From an uncultured bacterium (lineage in GTDB: Bacteria; Krumholzibacteriota; Krumholzibacteriia; Krumholzibacteriales; Krumholzibacteriaceae), in NCBI GenBank assembly GCA_963786935.1, contig CAWBAN010000001.1, positions 1,345,566 to 1,409,565 of the forward strand: DNA of 64,000 nucleotides, given 5' to 3'. The notes beneath the pieces are model-generated. The model had not been told where the DNA came from. It saw only the letters and a program-made list of their open reading frames with translations, and did not search any database. Positions 42,217 to 52,357 of this stretch are shown here, piece by piece. The position numbers and the translations under genes are program-made. Position 1 is the first letter of the stretch. Each line of letters starts with the position of its first letter.

Positions 42217-43101
42217 TTGGAAACGATCGTCAGGGAAATCGAGATTCGCTCGCCGGGGGCGCTCCCGGTGCGCGCCGACCTGAGGACGGGGAGCGGCGGC
42301 GCGGGGCGCGCCCTGATCGTCGTGTGCCACGGCTTCCTCGGCCACAAGCGGTGGGGCTTCTTCCCGTACCTCTCCGAGCGCCTCGCCGCCGCGGGATTCG
42401 ACGTTCTCACGATGAGCTTCTCCCTGAACGGCGTCGACGAGGCGACCGGGCTCATCGAGCGCCCCGCCGATTTCGCCCGCAACACCGTCTCCGCCGAGAT
42501 CGCCGATCTGCGCCGCGCGCTCGACTACGTGCGCGGCGGCGCGCTGACCCCCGCGGGAGTCCGCGCGGAAACGATCGGGCTCTTCGGGCACAGCCGCGGC
42601 GGGGCGGTCGCGATCATCGCCGCCGCCGGGAGCGCCGCGGTGCGCTCGATCGTCACCTGGTCGACCGTCGCGCGGCTCGACCGCTACACGATCCGCCGGA
42701 AGGCGGCGTGGAAACGGGACGGAGCGCTCGCCTTCAGCGACGGGCGCGCGCGGGGTCCGCTCGAGCTCGATTACGCGTACTACGAGGACATCGACGCGAA
42801 CCGGGACACGTTCGACGTCCGGCGCGCCTCCGCCGCGCTCGCGATCCCGCACCTCATGGTCCACGGCGATCGGGACGCCGCGGTGACGCTGCGGGAGGCC
42901 CGAACGCTCCTCGCGGAACCCGGGCCCGCCGCGCCGCGGCTCGAGGTCGTCCACGGCGCCGGGCACACGTTCAACGTCGCTCACCCGATGCGGCGGCCGC
43001 CGGCCGCCCTCGAGCGCGCCGTCGAGCTGACCGCGGACTGGTTCGCTCGAACCCTCACCGCAGATGGAAAGGACAGGCCATGCACCGGAAACAGATCGTG
43101 A
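42217..43101 (+). CDS. alpha/beta hydrolase (dienelactone-hydrolase-like)
   Basis: GHSRGG nucleophile elbow, HG oxyanion-type VVCHGFLGH, C-terminal His; TTG start. Confidence 0.7.
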   Translation: METIVREIEIRSPGALPVRADLRTGSGGAGRALIVVCHGFLGHKRWGFFPYLSERLAAAGFDVLTMSFSLNGVDEATGLIERPADFARNTVSAEIADLRRALDYVRGGALTPAGVRAETIGLFGHSRGGAVAIIAAAGSAAVRSIVTWSTVARLDRYTIRRKAAWKRDGALAFSDGRARGPLELDYAYYEDIDANRDTFDVRRASAALAIPHLMVHGDRDAAVTLREARTLLAEPGPAAPRLEVVHGAGHTFNVAHPMRRPPAALERAVELTADWFARTLTADGKDRPCTGNRS

Positions 43102-43457
43102 TCGCGATCGCCGCGGTCGTCGCCGTGGCCGCGATCGTCGTCATGCTCGTCTCGTCGCGGCAGTGGATCGCCCATCGCTCGTACGACCGGGCGGGCGCCG
43201 GGCTCGCGTCGCGATTCAACGACGCCCAGGAGAAGAAATACGGCAAGGACCTGCGCTACACGCTCGATAAGTTCTGGGAATTCTACGAGAAGGGGCTCGT
43301 CTCCCGAAACGACCTCAACGACGTCGTCGAGAAGACGCGATCGCTCCGCGCCCAGAAGGAGATCACCGACATGGATATCTTCGATTACATCGGGTACGTG
43401 AGCGGGCTCTACACGGAAGCGATGCGGCGGCGTCAGAGCGATATGTTTCCCGAATGA
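43090..43457 (+). CDS. small membrane-anchored hypothetical protein
   Basis: ATG followed by a hydrophobic anchor (IVIAIAAVVAVAAIVVMLV) and a 100-aa soluble domain; overlaps the hydrolase 3' end. Confidence 0.45.
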
Positions 43458-44113
43458 AGGATGAAGCGGTCGGTGAGCTCGCGCTCGATGTCCCGAAAAT
43501 TCTCGAACGGGATGTGCTCGATCCCCTGCGCGCGGCAGTGATCGAGGAGCTCGCCCTTGGCGAAGACGACGTCGGCGTGCTCGGCGGGGCAGCGGTCGCT
43601 GTATCCGTTCCCGATGTACACGGTCGTCGAGCCGTCCGCCTTGAGCTTCTCGAGATGGAACCGCTTGCAGTTCCCGCACCGCGTGCACTCCATGAGGTTG
43701 TAGTGCGGAAATTCGATGGCGCGCAGCGTCCCGTCCTCGACGACGAGGTGATTCGCCTTGAACTCGAGGTATCCGAGGCCGAATCGTATGAGGAGCCGGT
43801 CGATGTAGTAGTCGAGCCCGTCGCTCGTGACGAGGATGCTGCTCGAGCGGCGCTCGCAGAAATCGACGAAATCCTTGAAATAGGGATCGAGCCCCTCGTT
43901 ATCGGCGAAGGTGTCGAGATCCTCCTGGTCGGCGCGCATGAGGGCGAACTCGCTCTCGAGGCACTCCCGCGAGCTGATGAGGCCGAGACGCCACTGCTGG
44001 AGAATCTCCAGCCAGCGCGCGTAGTCGGGGATGAACGTGCCGAAGAAATGGTGGCCGACGTCCCGTCGCGAGATCGTGCCGTCGAAGTCGCTGATGAGAA
44101 CGACCTTCTTCAC
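43433..44113 (-). CDS. HAD-family phosphatase (HAD-IB, MtnX/PSP-like)
   Basis: DFDGTIS motif I and C-terminal Cys cluster typical of MtnX-like HAD proteins. Confidence 0.75.
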   Translation of the reverse strand: MKKVVLISDFDGTISRRDVGHHFFGTFIPDYARWLEILQQWRLGLISSRECLESEFALMRADQEDLDTFADNEGLDPYFKDFVDFCERRSSSILVTSDGLDYYIDRLLIRFGLGYLEFKANHLVVEDGTLRAIEFPHYNLMECTRCGNCKRFHLEKLKADGSTTVYIGNGYSDRCPAEHADVVFAKGELLDHCRAQGIEHIPFENFRDIERELTDRFILHSGNISL

Positions 44114-45774
44114 CGCTTCTGGGCCTCCGCCGTCTTCCCCGATGCCTCCGCCGTCTTCTTCGACGCCTCCGCCGTCTTCATCTGATCGTCCACGTACGCG
44201 AACATCTCCTTCAGGGTCGGCGCGGCGCGGAACATCGCGAGCACCTTGTTCACCTCTTCATCCTTCGGGAGGGTGGCGATGTACGCGCCCTTCGTGCTCA
44301 TCAGCTTGCGGAACACCTCGCGCTTGACCGCGAGCTTCATGTAATCGACGTTCTCGGGCGACGTCCACGAGGAATCCGCAGCCACGAACTTGTTTTCGGC
44401 GCAGTAGGTCCGGAAATCGGCGATCACGTCGTCGCCGGGCTCGAACTTCTCGGTGATCTTGTGTTTCACCGAATAGTGCACGGCGAAGTTGAAGAAGAGA
44501 TTCCGCAGCTCGAGATCGCGCTCGAAATCGGTGAATGCCGGGAGCGTGATCGCCCAGTCGGGAGTGATGCCTCCCCCGCCGTACACGACGCGGCCGCCGG
44601 AGGTGTGGAACTCCTGACGGGGCTCGTCGGATTTCTCCGCGCCGGCCTCGCCCTCCCCGGGGCCCTGCGGCGATTCCTCGTTGCCGAGCGCGAGATCCTC
44701 CCCGTCGCGCGGGCGATCCTTGTGGATGCAGCGGCCGCTCGGCGTGAAGTACTTCGCCGTCGTGAGCTTCAGCGCGTCCTTGCCGATCATGAACACGGTC
44801 TGGACGGAACCCTTGCCGAATGAGGTCTGGCCGACGACGACCGCGCGGTCCCAATCCTGGAGCGCGCCGGCGACGATCTCGGACGCTGAGGCGCTCCCCT
44901 CGCTGATGAGCACGACGACGGGGACCTGATCGTGAACCTTCGTCGAGCGCGAGTAGTATTTCACGTTGTGGCTCGGGATGCGGCTCTCCGTGTACACGAG
45001 CAGCTTGTCCTTCTCGAGGAAGAGCTCGCAGACCTCGCGCGCCGATTCGAGGAGACCGCCGGGATTGCCCCTCAGGTCGATGATGAGCCCCTTGATCTTC
45101 TGCTTTTCGAGATCCCTGATGATCGCGTCGAGCTCGCTCGCCGTCCGCTCGGCGAATCGCATGACGCGGACGTACCCGATCCCGTCGAGATCCGTCGAAT
45201 ACGTGATGCTCGGCACGCGGATGACCTCGCGCGTGATCGTGTAATGGAGCGAATCGGGGAGCCCCTCCCGCGTGATGGTGATGCCGACCTGCGTGCCCTC
45301 GCGCCCGCGGAGCTTCGTGACCGCCTGCTCCGATTTCCAGTCCTTCGTCGAGACCCCTTCGATCTCGACGATCTTGTCCCCGCCCTGGATCCCGAGACGG
45401 TACGCCGGCGTTTCCTCGAGGGTCGTGACGACCGTGGGATATCCGTCAACCGTGCCGAGCGTGATTCCGAGCCCGCCGAACTCCCCCTTCGTGTCGATCA
45501 TGAGGTTCTCGTACTCGTAGCTGTCCATGTAGATCGAGTGCTCGTCGAGCTGCTCGAGCATGCCGTCGATCGCCGCCCTGATCAGCTTCTCCGCGTCGAT
45601 CTCGTCGACGTAGTAATTGAGAATCCGGTCGAGCACGGCGCCGAACTGCTCGAGATTCTGGTAGACGGTCTCACGCTGCTTCTCCTCGCGATCCCCCGCC
45701 ATGACGAAGATGGCCACGGCGGTGAGGGCGCACAGAAGCAGGAGACCGATGACGGCTTTCTTGTTCAATTTCAA
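44110..45774 (-). CDS. ctpA: carboxyl-terminal processing protease (S41, PDZ domain)
   Basis: GLGI PDZ region and GSASASEI catalytic Ser context; TTG start with SD GGAGG (alternative upstream ATG at 45864); C-terminal KTAEAS repeats. Confidence 0.8.
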   Translation of the reverse strand: MKLNKKAVIGLLLLCALTAVAIFVMAGDREEKQRETVYQNLEQFGAVLDRILNYYVDEIDAEKLIRAAIDGMLEQLDEHSIYMDSYEYENLMIDTKGEFGGLGITLGTVDGYPTVVTTLEETPAYRLGIQGGDKIVEIEGVSTKDWKSEQAVTKLRGREGTQVGITITREGLPDSLHYTITREVIRVPSITYSTDLDGIGYVRVMRFAERTASELDAIIRDLEKQKIKGLIIDLRGNPGGLLESAREVCELFLEKDKLLVYTESRIPSHNVKYYSRSTKVHDQVPVVVLISEGSASASEIVAGALQDWDRAVVVGQTSFGKGSVQTVFMIGKDALKLTTAKYFTPSGRCIHKDRPRDGEDLALGNEESPQGPGEGEAGAEKSDEPRQEFHTSGGRVVYGGGGITPDWAITLPAFTDFERDLELRNLFFNFAVHYSVKHKITEKFEPGDDVIADFRTYCAENKFVAADSSWTSPENVDYMKLAVKREVFRKLMSTKGAYIATLPKDEEVNKVLAMFRAAPTLKEMFAYVDDQMKTAEASKKTAEASGKTAEAQKR

Positions 45775-45889
45775 CGTCGAACCTCCGCAATCGCTACGTT
45801 CGAGGAAAACGGGAAGGCGCACAAACGCCGCCCCTCGCGTCGGACGCATCAAAAACGATGCCACGGCGGGACGCGCGCGGCTCCATTCC

Positions 45890-45930
45890 GGTTCCGGCCA
45901 TAATATAACAAGCCCATTCCCGGAATCAAA
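45890..45930 (-). promoter_or_regulatory. sigma70-type promoter (TTGATT-N16-TATATT) for ctpA
   Basis: AT-rich patch upstream of the ctpA leader, read on the minus strand. Confidence 0.35.
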
Positions 45931-45940
45931 AGCATATTGG

Positions 45941-46632
45941 TCATGCAGTTAGTGATACGCCGAAGAGCCCTTCGAGGTTCCCGAGAATCGCCCGGACGAC
46001 CTCCTCGAGGGGGCGCGAGGCGTCGATGACGAGGATCCGCGACGGTTCGCGTTTCGCGAGCCGCAGGTAACCCTCGCGGACACGCTCGTGGAAGCTCGCC
46101 TCCTCGCGTTCGAGGCGGTCCGGGGCCGCGGTGCCCTCGGCTTCGCGGCGCGCCGGGCCGCGGCGGAGCCCCTCCGCCACGGCGAGATCGAGGAGAAAGG
46201 TCCGGTCGGGAACGGTGTCTCCGACGGCCGCGGCGTTCAGCCCGGCGACGAGCTCCTCGCCGAGCCCGCGCGCCCATCCCTGGTAGGCGACGGACGCGTC
46301 GAGGTACCGGTCACAGACGACCGATCTCCCCGCGGCGAGCGCGGGCCGGATCACTTCGGCGACGAGCTGCGCCCTGCTCGCGAGGTAGAGAAACAGCTCC
46401 GCCTTCGGATCCATCTCCCGCCGCGCGGGATCGAGCAGGAGGCCGCGGATCGCCTCCGAGACCGCCGTCCCCCCGGTTCCCGGACGTGCGTGACGAGCGC
46501 CCCGGCGCCTTCGAGCGCGCGGCGGATCTCGCGCGAGACGACCGTTTTCCCCGATCCCTCGATCCCTTCGAATGTGATGAAGCGCGATTTCACGCGACCC
46601 TCCGCGAGCCGCCCCGCCGGCGGCGGGCTCAT
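45941..46632 (-). CDS. tmk: thymidylate kinase; apparent frameshift at the C6 run 46469-46474
   Basis: N-terminal ORF carries FITFEGIEGSGKT; C-terminal ORF carries ELFLYLASRAQ...DRLE...FHERVREGY; adding one G restores EPGGTAVSEAIRGLLLDP. Confidence 0.7.
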
Positions 46633-47238
46633 TTCGCCGAAGCGCCTTTCGCCGCGGCCAACCGATGGACGTGCACGATGCGCTGGACGGTGGTGACGAG
46701 GGTGAGCGCCGCGAGACACGCGATGACGGCGAAGAGAACGGTCCCGCCGAAGAGCAGCCCGAGCACGAGCAGGGTGACGCGCTCGGGGCGCTCGAGCAGT
46801 CCGACCCGGCAGTCCATGCCGAGCCCCTCGGCCCGGGCGCGGGTGTAGCTCGTGAGGATCGAGCCGGCGAGCGCGACGATGACGAGCGGCACGGCGAAGC
46901 GGCCCCCGTCCTCCCGCGCGGCGTAGTACACGACGAGGGCGCCGAACGATGCGAGCTCGGCGACGCGGTCGAGCGTCGAATCGATGAAGGCGCCGAACAC
47001 GCTCTCTCTGCCGGAGCGCCGCGCGAGCGACCCGTCGAGCGCGTCGCAGATTCCCGAGAGGACGAGAATCACGGCGCCCGCGACGAGCTCCCCCGGGCGA
47101 TCGCGACCGCGCCGGCGAGGCTCAGCACGAATCCGGCGACCGTGACCGCGGTCGGCGAAATCCCCGCCTTGACGAGAAGGCCCACGATCGGATCGAGGAG
47201 CCGGCGCAGCCTGTTCTTGATCGTCACTTTATCGTTCA
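46629..47238 (-). CDS. pgsA: CDP-alcohol phosphatidyltransferase (PgsA-like); apparent frameshift at the C5 run 47089-47093
   Basis: DALDGSLAR...G...D...D motif in ORF 46629..47072; upstream frame encodes MNDKVTIKNRLRRLLDPIVGLLVKAGISPT, the typical N-terminus. Confidence 0.65.
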
Positions 47239-47296
47239 TGGTCCGGTGCGTCCTCTCGAAACGGCCGCGGTATTATGAATCGCCCCGCGTCGTCTG

Positions 47297-48049
47297 TCAA
47301 CCCGTTCGGTCCGGATCGGCGTCATCTTCCGGGCCGGGGGAGCTCTCCGCGCCGGCGCGCGCCCCGCGGCGCCGCCCGAGCCCGCGCACGAGAAGGGTCA
47401 GCTCGCCCCGGGGCGGCGTCGCTCCGAATCGCTCGAGAAGGCCGGCGGAAGTCCCGCGCAGCACCTCCTCGTGGAGCTTCGTGAGCTCGCGGGCGACGAC
47501 GACCTCGCGTTCGCCGAGGATCCGGGAGAACGCATCGAGCGTCTTGAGGAGACGGTGGGGGCTCTCGTAAAAGATGCTCGTATAGGGATTCGCGGCCGCT
47601 TCGCGGATCAGGCCTTCGCGCTCGCCCGGCTTCCGCGGAACGTACCCGTAGAACGTGAATCGGTCCGGGGGGAGACCGGAAAGAACGAGCGCCGTCGTCA
47701 CCGCGCACGGGCCGGGGATCGCGGTGACGGCGATCCCCTCCTCGGCGAGCGCCCGCACGAGCGGGTATCCCGGATCCGACACGAGCGGCGTGCCGGCGTC
47801 CGAGACGAGCGCGAAGCGCTTCCCCTCCTTGATCTCGCGTATGATTACCGGCGTCATCTGCCGCTCGTTGTGATCGTGATACGAGCGGACCTGCGCGCGG
47901 ATGCCGAGCCGGTCGAGGAGCACGCGCGCCTTCCTCGTGTCCTCGGCGAGCACGCAGTCGACCGAGCGGAGCGTTTCCGCCGCGCGGGCGGAGAGATCCT
48001 CGAGGTTCCCGATGGGCGTACCGACGAGATAGAAGGGATACGGTTTCAT
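47297..48049 (-). CDS. rsmI: 16S rRNA (cytidine1402-2'-O)-methyltransferase
   Basis: LVGTPIGNLEDLS...LAEDTR tetrapyrrole-methylase-fold motifs. Confidence 0.9.
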   Translation of the reverse strand: MKPYPFYLVGTPIGNLEDLSARAAETLRSVDCVLAEDTRKARVLLDRLGIRAQVRSYHDHNERQMTPVIIREIKEGKRFALVSDAGTPLVSDPGYPLVRALAEEGIAVTAIPGPCAVTTALVLSGLPPDRFTFYGYVPRKPGEREGLIREAAANPYTSIFYESPHRLLKTLDAFSRILGEREVVVARELTKLHEEVLRGTSAGLLERFGATPPRGELTLLVRGLGRRRGARAGAESSPGPEDDADPDRTG

Positions 48050-48083
48050 GGGCGGTTCGACCCTTCGCGCGGCGGATGTCCCG

Positions 48084-49121
48084 TCACGCCGCGAGGATCC
48101 GGGGCAGGAGACGCTCGAGCCGCTCCATGTCTCCGGCGCCGAAATCGAGATGCGTGACCATGCGCATGAAGCGCTCCGCGAACGGCAGCGCCAGAATTCC
48201 CGCGTTCCGAAGCGCCTCGTCGAGCTTCGAGATCCCGGCGTCCTCGTCGACCGGCCCGAAGATGATGATGTTCGTCTCGACGGGGAACGTGAGCCGGTAG
48301 CGGCCGGACTCCTCGACCATCCGGCCGATCCGCGCGGCGCGCTCGTGATCCTCGGCGAGACGCGCCACGTTGCGGTCGAGCGCGTAGAGACACGCGGCGG
48401 CCAGAATCCCGACCTGCCGCATTCCCCCGCCGAGACGCTTGCGCCACACGCGGGCCTTCGCGATCGTCGCCGCGTCGGACATGAGGACGGAGCCGACCGG
48501 GGCGCCGAGCCCCTTCGAGAAGCAAAAGCTGATGGAATCGACGAGAGCCCCGTATCGCTCGAACGGTATCCCCGTCGCCACCGCCGCGTTCGCGAGACGG
48601 GCGCCGTCCATATGGATCCGCAGCCCCCGCTCGCGGGCGAACCGGGAGACCGCCTCGATCTGATCGAACGGATAGATCCTGCCCCCGGCGCGGTTATGCG
48701 TATTCTCGATCGCGACGAGCGACGTGCGCGGATGGTGGATGTTCGCGGGGCGAACCGCGGACGGGAGCGCCTCGACCGGGAGAAGCCCCGCCGGGCCGTC
48801 CATCGGAAAGAGCTGGAGACCGCCGAGGACGGACGCCGCCCCGACCTCGTAATTGAATATGTGGCATCTCCGGTCGAGGATCACCTCGTCGCCGGGGCTG
48901 GTCTGCGAGAGGAGTGCCAGCGTGTTCGACATCGTGCCGCTCGGGACGTACACGGCCGCCTCCGTGCCGAGCAGCGCCGCCATCCGCTCCTCGAGGCGCT
49001 TCACCGTCGGATCGTCCCCGAAGACGTCGTCGCCGACGTCCGACCGCGCGATCGCCTCGCGCATGCCGGGGGACGGTCTCGTGACCGTATCGCTTCGAAG
49101 GTCGATGATGCTCTCCGCCAT
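48084..49121 (-). CDS. ltaE: low-specificity L-threonine aldolase
   Basis: DLRSDTVTRP, SGTMSN, FCFSKGLGAP PLP-Lys context. Confidence 0.85.
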   Translation of the reverse strand: MAESIIDLRSDTVTRPSPGMREAIARSDVGDDVFGDDPTVKRLEERMAALLGTEAAVYVPSGTMSNTLALLSQTSPGDEVILDRRCHIFNYEVGAASVLGGLQLFPMDGPAGLLPVEALPSAVRPANIHHPRTSLVAIENTHNRAGGRIYPFDQIEAVSRFARERGLRIHMDGARLANAAVATGIPFERYGALVDSISFCFSKGLGAPVGSVLMSDAATIAKARVWRKRLGGGMRQVGILAAACLYALDRNVARLAEDHERAARIGRMVEESGRYRLTFPVETNIIIFGPVDEDAGISKLDEALRNAGILALPFAERFMRMVTHLDFGAGDMERLERLLPRILAA

Positions 49122-49226
49122 GACGCTCCAAACCTCCGTGAATTCGGCGGGCAGGGTTCCGACGCGCCGCGAGCCGCGCGGAACGAGGCGCCTCGATGAA
49201 TATAAGGAAGGACTGCGGGCCGGACG

Positions 49227-49505
49227 TCAGGACTGCGCCACGAGCTCCTTCAATTCCCGCGATACCTTGAACACGGGAACCTTGCGGTCGGGAACGGGAA
49301 CGGCCTCGCCCGTCCTCGGATTCCGGGCCATCCGGGACTTGCGCGCCTTCACCTTGAACGTTCCGAAACCGCGGATCTCGTAGTGTTTCCCCTCGGCGAG
49401 ACCCTTGGCGATGCAATTGAGGAAATTATCGACAGCTTCGGCCACTTCTTTCTTCGTCAACCCTGTTCGGCTGGAGATGTTCTCCACAATCTCGGCTTTG
49501 GTCAT
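49227..49505 (-). CDS. HU/IHF family DNA-binding protein (IHF-like)
   Basis: GFGTF...RNPRTGE signature; SD GGAGGA upstream. Confidence 0.85.
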   Translation of the reverse strand: MTKAEIVENISSRTGLTKKEVAEAVDNFLNCIAKGLAEGKHYEIRGFGTFKVKARKSRMARNPRTGEAVPVPDRKVPVFKVSRELKELVAQS

Positions 49506-49554
49506 CGGACATCCTCCTTATCTAGTACCAGGGTTGTGAGTCCCCTCCCTGCGG

Positions 49555-49600
49555 AAATCGTTGTCTTCAAGTATATATTGTTTTTAATGCGGGACTTACA
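49555..49600 (-). promoter_or_regulatory. sigma70-type promoter (TTGACA-N17-TTAAAAAC/TATATA region) for the IHF-like gene
   Basis: AT-rich TTGACAACCTGTAAGTCCCGCATTAAAAACAATATATAC on the minus strand. Confidence 0.35.
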
Positions 49601-49964
49601 GGTTGTCAAGACATTTCTCCGGGTCTCCGGACCTCCGCATCCGTCCCGCCGGGAGCGCCGCCGTTGCGGATGCGCACGAGCGCGCGTGCAAAAGCGCAAA
49701 CATCGTGACGATCGCGGCCTTCGGGCGCGGGAAGGATCGGGAACAACGGGGAGCGGCCTGCAGCCGCCCCGGTCCCGCATCCCGTGCGGAACACGTTGCG
49801 CTCCAGACGTTTGCGCCTCGAGCGCACGAGCGCGCCGAAAAACTGGTATGCCCTTTGCTCTGATTCGACTTCGCTGCGAGGTGGTCGCCGCCTTCACGAA
49901 CCCGACCCTGCATCGTACTATCTCGCAGCACTTTTTATTTTCCCCCCCGTTTCCCCCGCATTTC

Positions 49965-50708
49965 CTACGGAAGTCCCAGCAGCCGATGGCACTGGGGGAT
50001 CACCCGAACGTCGTCGAGATGCGCGGCCGCCTCCGCGTGGCAGGCGAGGAGCGCGTTTCCCGGGACCGTGTCGCATCCCGGGACCGGCGTCGCGGGCTGG
50101 ATGACGAACGTCGTTCGGCGGTCGCACTCCGCGACGATCCGCGCCGCTTCGGCGAGCTCCGCCATGGAAAAGCCTTCCGCGACGACCGCCTTGCAGAACA
50201 GGCGCGCCCCCCGGAACAGGGGAAGCACGCGGCGGTAACCGTCGAGCGAGACGCCGGCGCAGAGGGACGGGAGCTTCAGGTCGAGCGACACGTAATCGAC
50301 GAGCCCCGCGACGGCCCTCGCCGCCTCGGCGTGAAGGCCGTTCGTTTCGAGGTATACGGGGATGCCCGCGGCGCGGCTTCGCCCGAGGAAGCGGGCGAGA
50401 AACGCGGGCTGCTCGAGCGGCTCGCCGCCCGTGACCGCCATCGAATGGAATCCCGGCGCGTCCGCGAGCGTGCTGACGGCCGACACGAGATCCTCGACCG
50501 ACACGGGATTCACGAGGTTCCTCGCCCCGGCGGGACCGCGCACGGCGCATTCGGCGACGCGGCCGCGCGCATCCGTCGAGTCGCAGTACCGGCACCGCGC
50601 CGAGCATCCCGAGAATCGCACGAACGCCTGCAGCACGCCGACCGAGGGACCTTCCCCCTGAATCGAGCGGAACACCTCGTGAACGTATCCGCCGGCGGGC
50701 GGGATCAC
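49965..50708 (-). CDS. queE: 7-carboxy-7-deazaguanine synthase (radical SAM)
   Basis: EVFRSIQGEG and CSARCRYC radical-SAM cluster; GTG start overlapping the upstream stop (GTGA). Confidence 0.8.
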   Translation of the reverse strand: MIPPAGGYVHEVFRSIQGEGPSVGVLQAFVRFSGCSARCRYCDSTDARGRVAECAVRGPAGARNLVNPVSVEDLVSAVSTLADAPGFHSMAVTGGEPLEQPAFLARFLGRSRAAGIPVYLETNGLHAEAARAVAGLVDYVSLDLKLPSLCAGVSLDGYRRVLPLFRGARLFCKAVVAEGFSMAELAEAARIVAECDRRTTFVIQPATPVPGCDTVPGNALLACHAEAAAHLDDVRVIPQCHRLLGLP

Positions 50709-51286
50709 GCCACCCCCCGCACCTTCCGGAGCGCGCGCTCGATCGATTCGCACTCGCTCTCGTACCGGACGAGCACGGCGTTGCCGAATTGCTTCGGATC
50801 GATGTCGAACTTCTTGAGACCGACCGCGGAGACCGGCGCGCCCGCCGGGTTCACGTTGATGCCGAAGTGAAACACCGTCGACAGGGCCGACGCGGTGCAG
50901 ATGGCCACGGTGAGCTTGCGTCCGTTGATGTAGAGATCGTCGCCGTCGCGCTTCACCGCGATCCCGGGCGACATCTCCTCGAGCGTCTCTTTCACGATCG
51001 ACGCGAAGAGCCTGAGCCGCACGTTCCCCTCGCGAAGCGGCTGCTGGAAATGCTCGGCGATGAAGTGGAGCATCCGCTTCGAGACGATCTCGTGCTGCTC
51101 CTCCGCGTCCTCGAGATCGACGAGGCGGGTTCCCGAGACGCCGCACGCCCCGATGAACGCGATGACGCCGTCCCACACGATCCCGGATTTCTCGCGGACG
51201 AAATGGCTCCGGAGCTCAGCCCCGGTGTACGTGATCTCCTCGGCGAGAAAAACCGTCTCGATCGGCACGTACCTTCGATCCTTCAT
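50705..51286 (-). CDS. conserved hypothetical protein embedded in the que operon (possibly DUF366-like)
   Basis: 193-aa ORF with SD AAGGAGGA, translationally coupled to queC (ATGA) and queE (GTGA); no catalytic motif recognised. Confidence 0.6.
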   Translation of the reverse strand: MKDRRYVPIETVFLAEEITYTGAELRSHFVREKSGIVWDGVIAFIGACGVSGTRLVDLEDAEEQHEIVSKRMLHFIAEHFQQPLREGNVRLRLFASIVKETLEEMSPGIAVKRDGDDLYINGRKLTVAICTASALSTVFHFGINVNPAGAPVSAVGLKKFDIDPKQFGNAVLVRYESECESIERALRKVRGVA

Positions 51287-51984
51287 GCGTCCTCCTTTGC
51301 GAAATGCACACGCCCCTCCGCGGGCGTTCCCTCGACGGCGCGCTTGAGCCGCAGGCACGACTCGCACGAACCGCACTGCAGATCCCCGCCGCGGTAGCAG
51401 CTCCAGAGGAGCTCCCACGGGAAGTCGACGCCGAGCGCGCGCGCAGCGATCTCCCGCTTCGTCATGCCGAGCGTCGGCGCGACGACGCGCACGGCGGCGG
51501 CGAGCGAGAGCTCGAGCGCGCGGTTGATCCGGTCGACGAACTCCGCGCTGTTGTCGGGAAACGCCGCGGCCTCCTCCCGGTTGAATCCGACGACGACCGC
51601 GTCCATTCCCCGCTCGGCCGCGCAGAACGCGGCCGCGTTGACGAAGACGCCGTTCCGGTTCTCGACCCACACGGCGCGCGGGGCGTCGTCGTCGAGCCGG
51701 CCGGCGGTCCATCGCGGCGGCTCGGCCCCCGCCGCGACGAGCGCCGACTTCGAGAGCCTCGCCATCCAGGGAAGCTCGATCCGCTCGAAGGGGAGCGCGA
51801 AGCGCCCGGCGATCTCCCGCGCAGCGCGCTCCTCGTTCCGGGCCGCGCGCTGCCCGTAGTCGAAGAAGAGAGCGGCGGACGGCTCGTATCCGGCCTCCGG
51901 CGCGAGCATCGCGGCGGCGGCGGAATCGAGCCCGCCGGAGAGAAGAACGATCGCTTTTCCCGGGGTATGCCCTCTAATCCTCAC
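51283..51984 (-). CDS. queC: 7-cyano-7-deazaguanine synthase
   Basis: VLLSGGLDSA PP-loop and C-terminal CxxC...C zinc motif. Confidence 0.9.
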   Translation of the reverse strand: MRIRGHTPGKAIVLLSGGLDSAAAAMLAPEAGYEPSAALFFDYGQRAARNEERAAREIAGRFALPFERIELPWMARLSKSALVAAGAEPPRWTAGRLDDDAPRAVWVENRNGVFVNAAAFCAAERGMDAVVVGFNREEAAAFPDNSAEFVDRINRALELSLAAAVRVVAPTLGMTKREIAARALGVDFPWELLWSCYRGGDLQCGSCESCLRLKRAVEGTPAEGRVHFAKEDA

Positions 51985-52357
51985 GGTACCGCACCATGTC
52001 GGTGGGCGACTCCCACAGCTCCACTTCGCGCAGCTCGCCCGACGGAATTCGCGCCTCTTCGCGGCAGAGCTTGTAGATCTCGGCGGCGATGTTCTCGGAG
52101 GTCGGATTCACGGTGTCGAACGGGGGGATGTCGTTCAGGTGGCGATGGTCGAAGCGGAGCAGAATCACGCGCTCGAGAACGGTCCGCAGCTCGCGATAGT
52201 CGATCGTGAGCCCCCGTTCGTCGACGAGCGAAAACTCGTAGTAGACGCGGACGACCCAATTGTGCCCGTGCATGCGCGAGCAGTCTCCCCGGTAGCCCAA
52301 GAGCGCATGGGACGAGGAGAAATGGACTTCCGTCGAAACGACGTATGTCGCGCCCAT
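51974..52357 (-). CDS. queD: 6-carboxy-5,6,7,8-tetrahydropterin synthase
   Basis: FSSSHAL...CSRMHGHNW (Cys-x-x-x-His-Gly-His) PTPS-family motif. Confidence 0.85.
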   Translation of the reverse strand: MGATYVVSTEVHFSSSHALLGYRGDCSRMHGHNWVVRVYYEFSLVDERGLTIDYRELRTVLERVILLRFDHRHLNDIPPFDTVNPTSENIAAEIYKLCREEARIPSGELREVELWESPTDMVRYRED

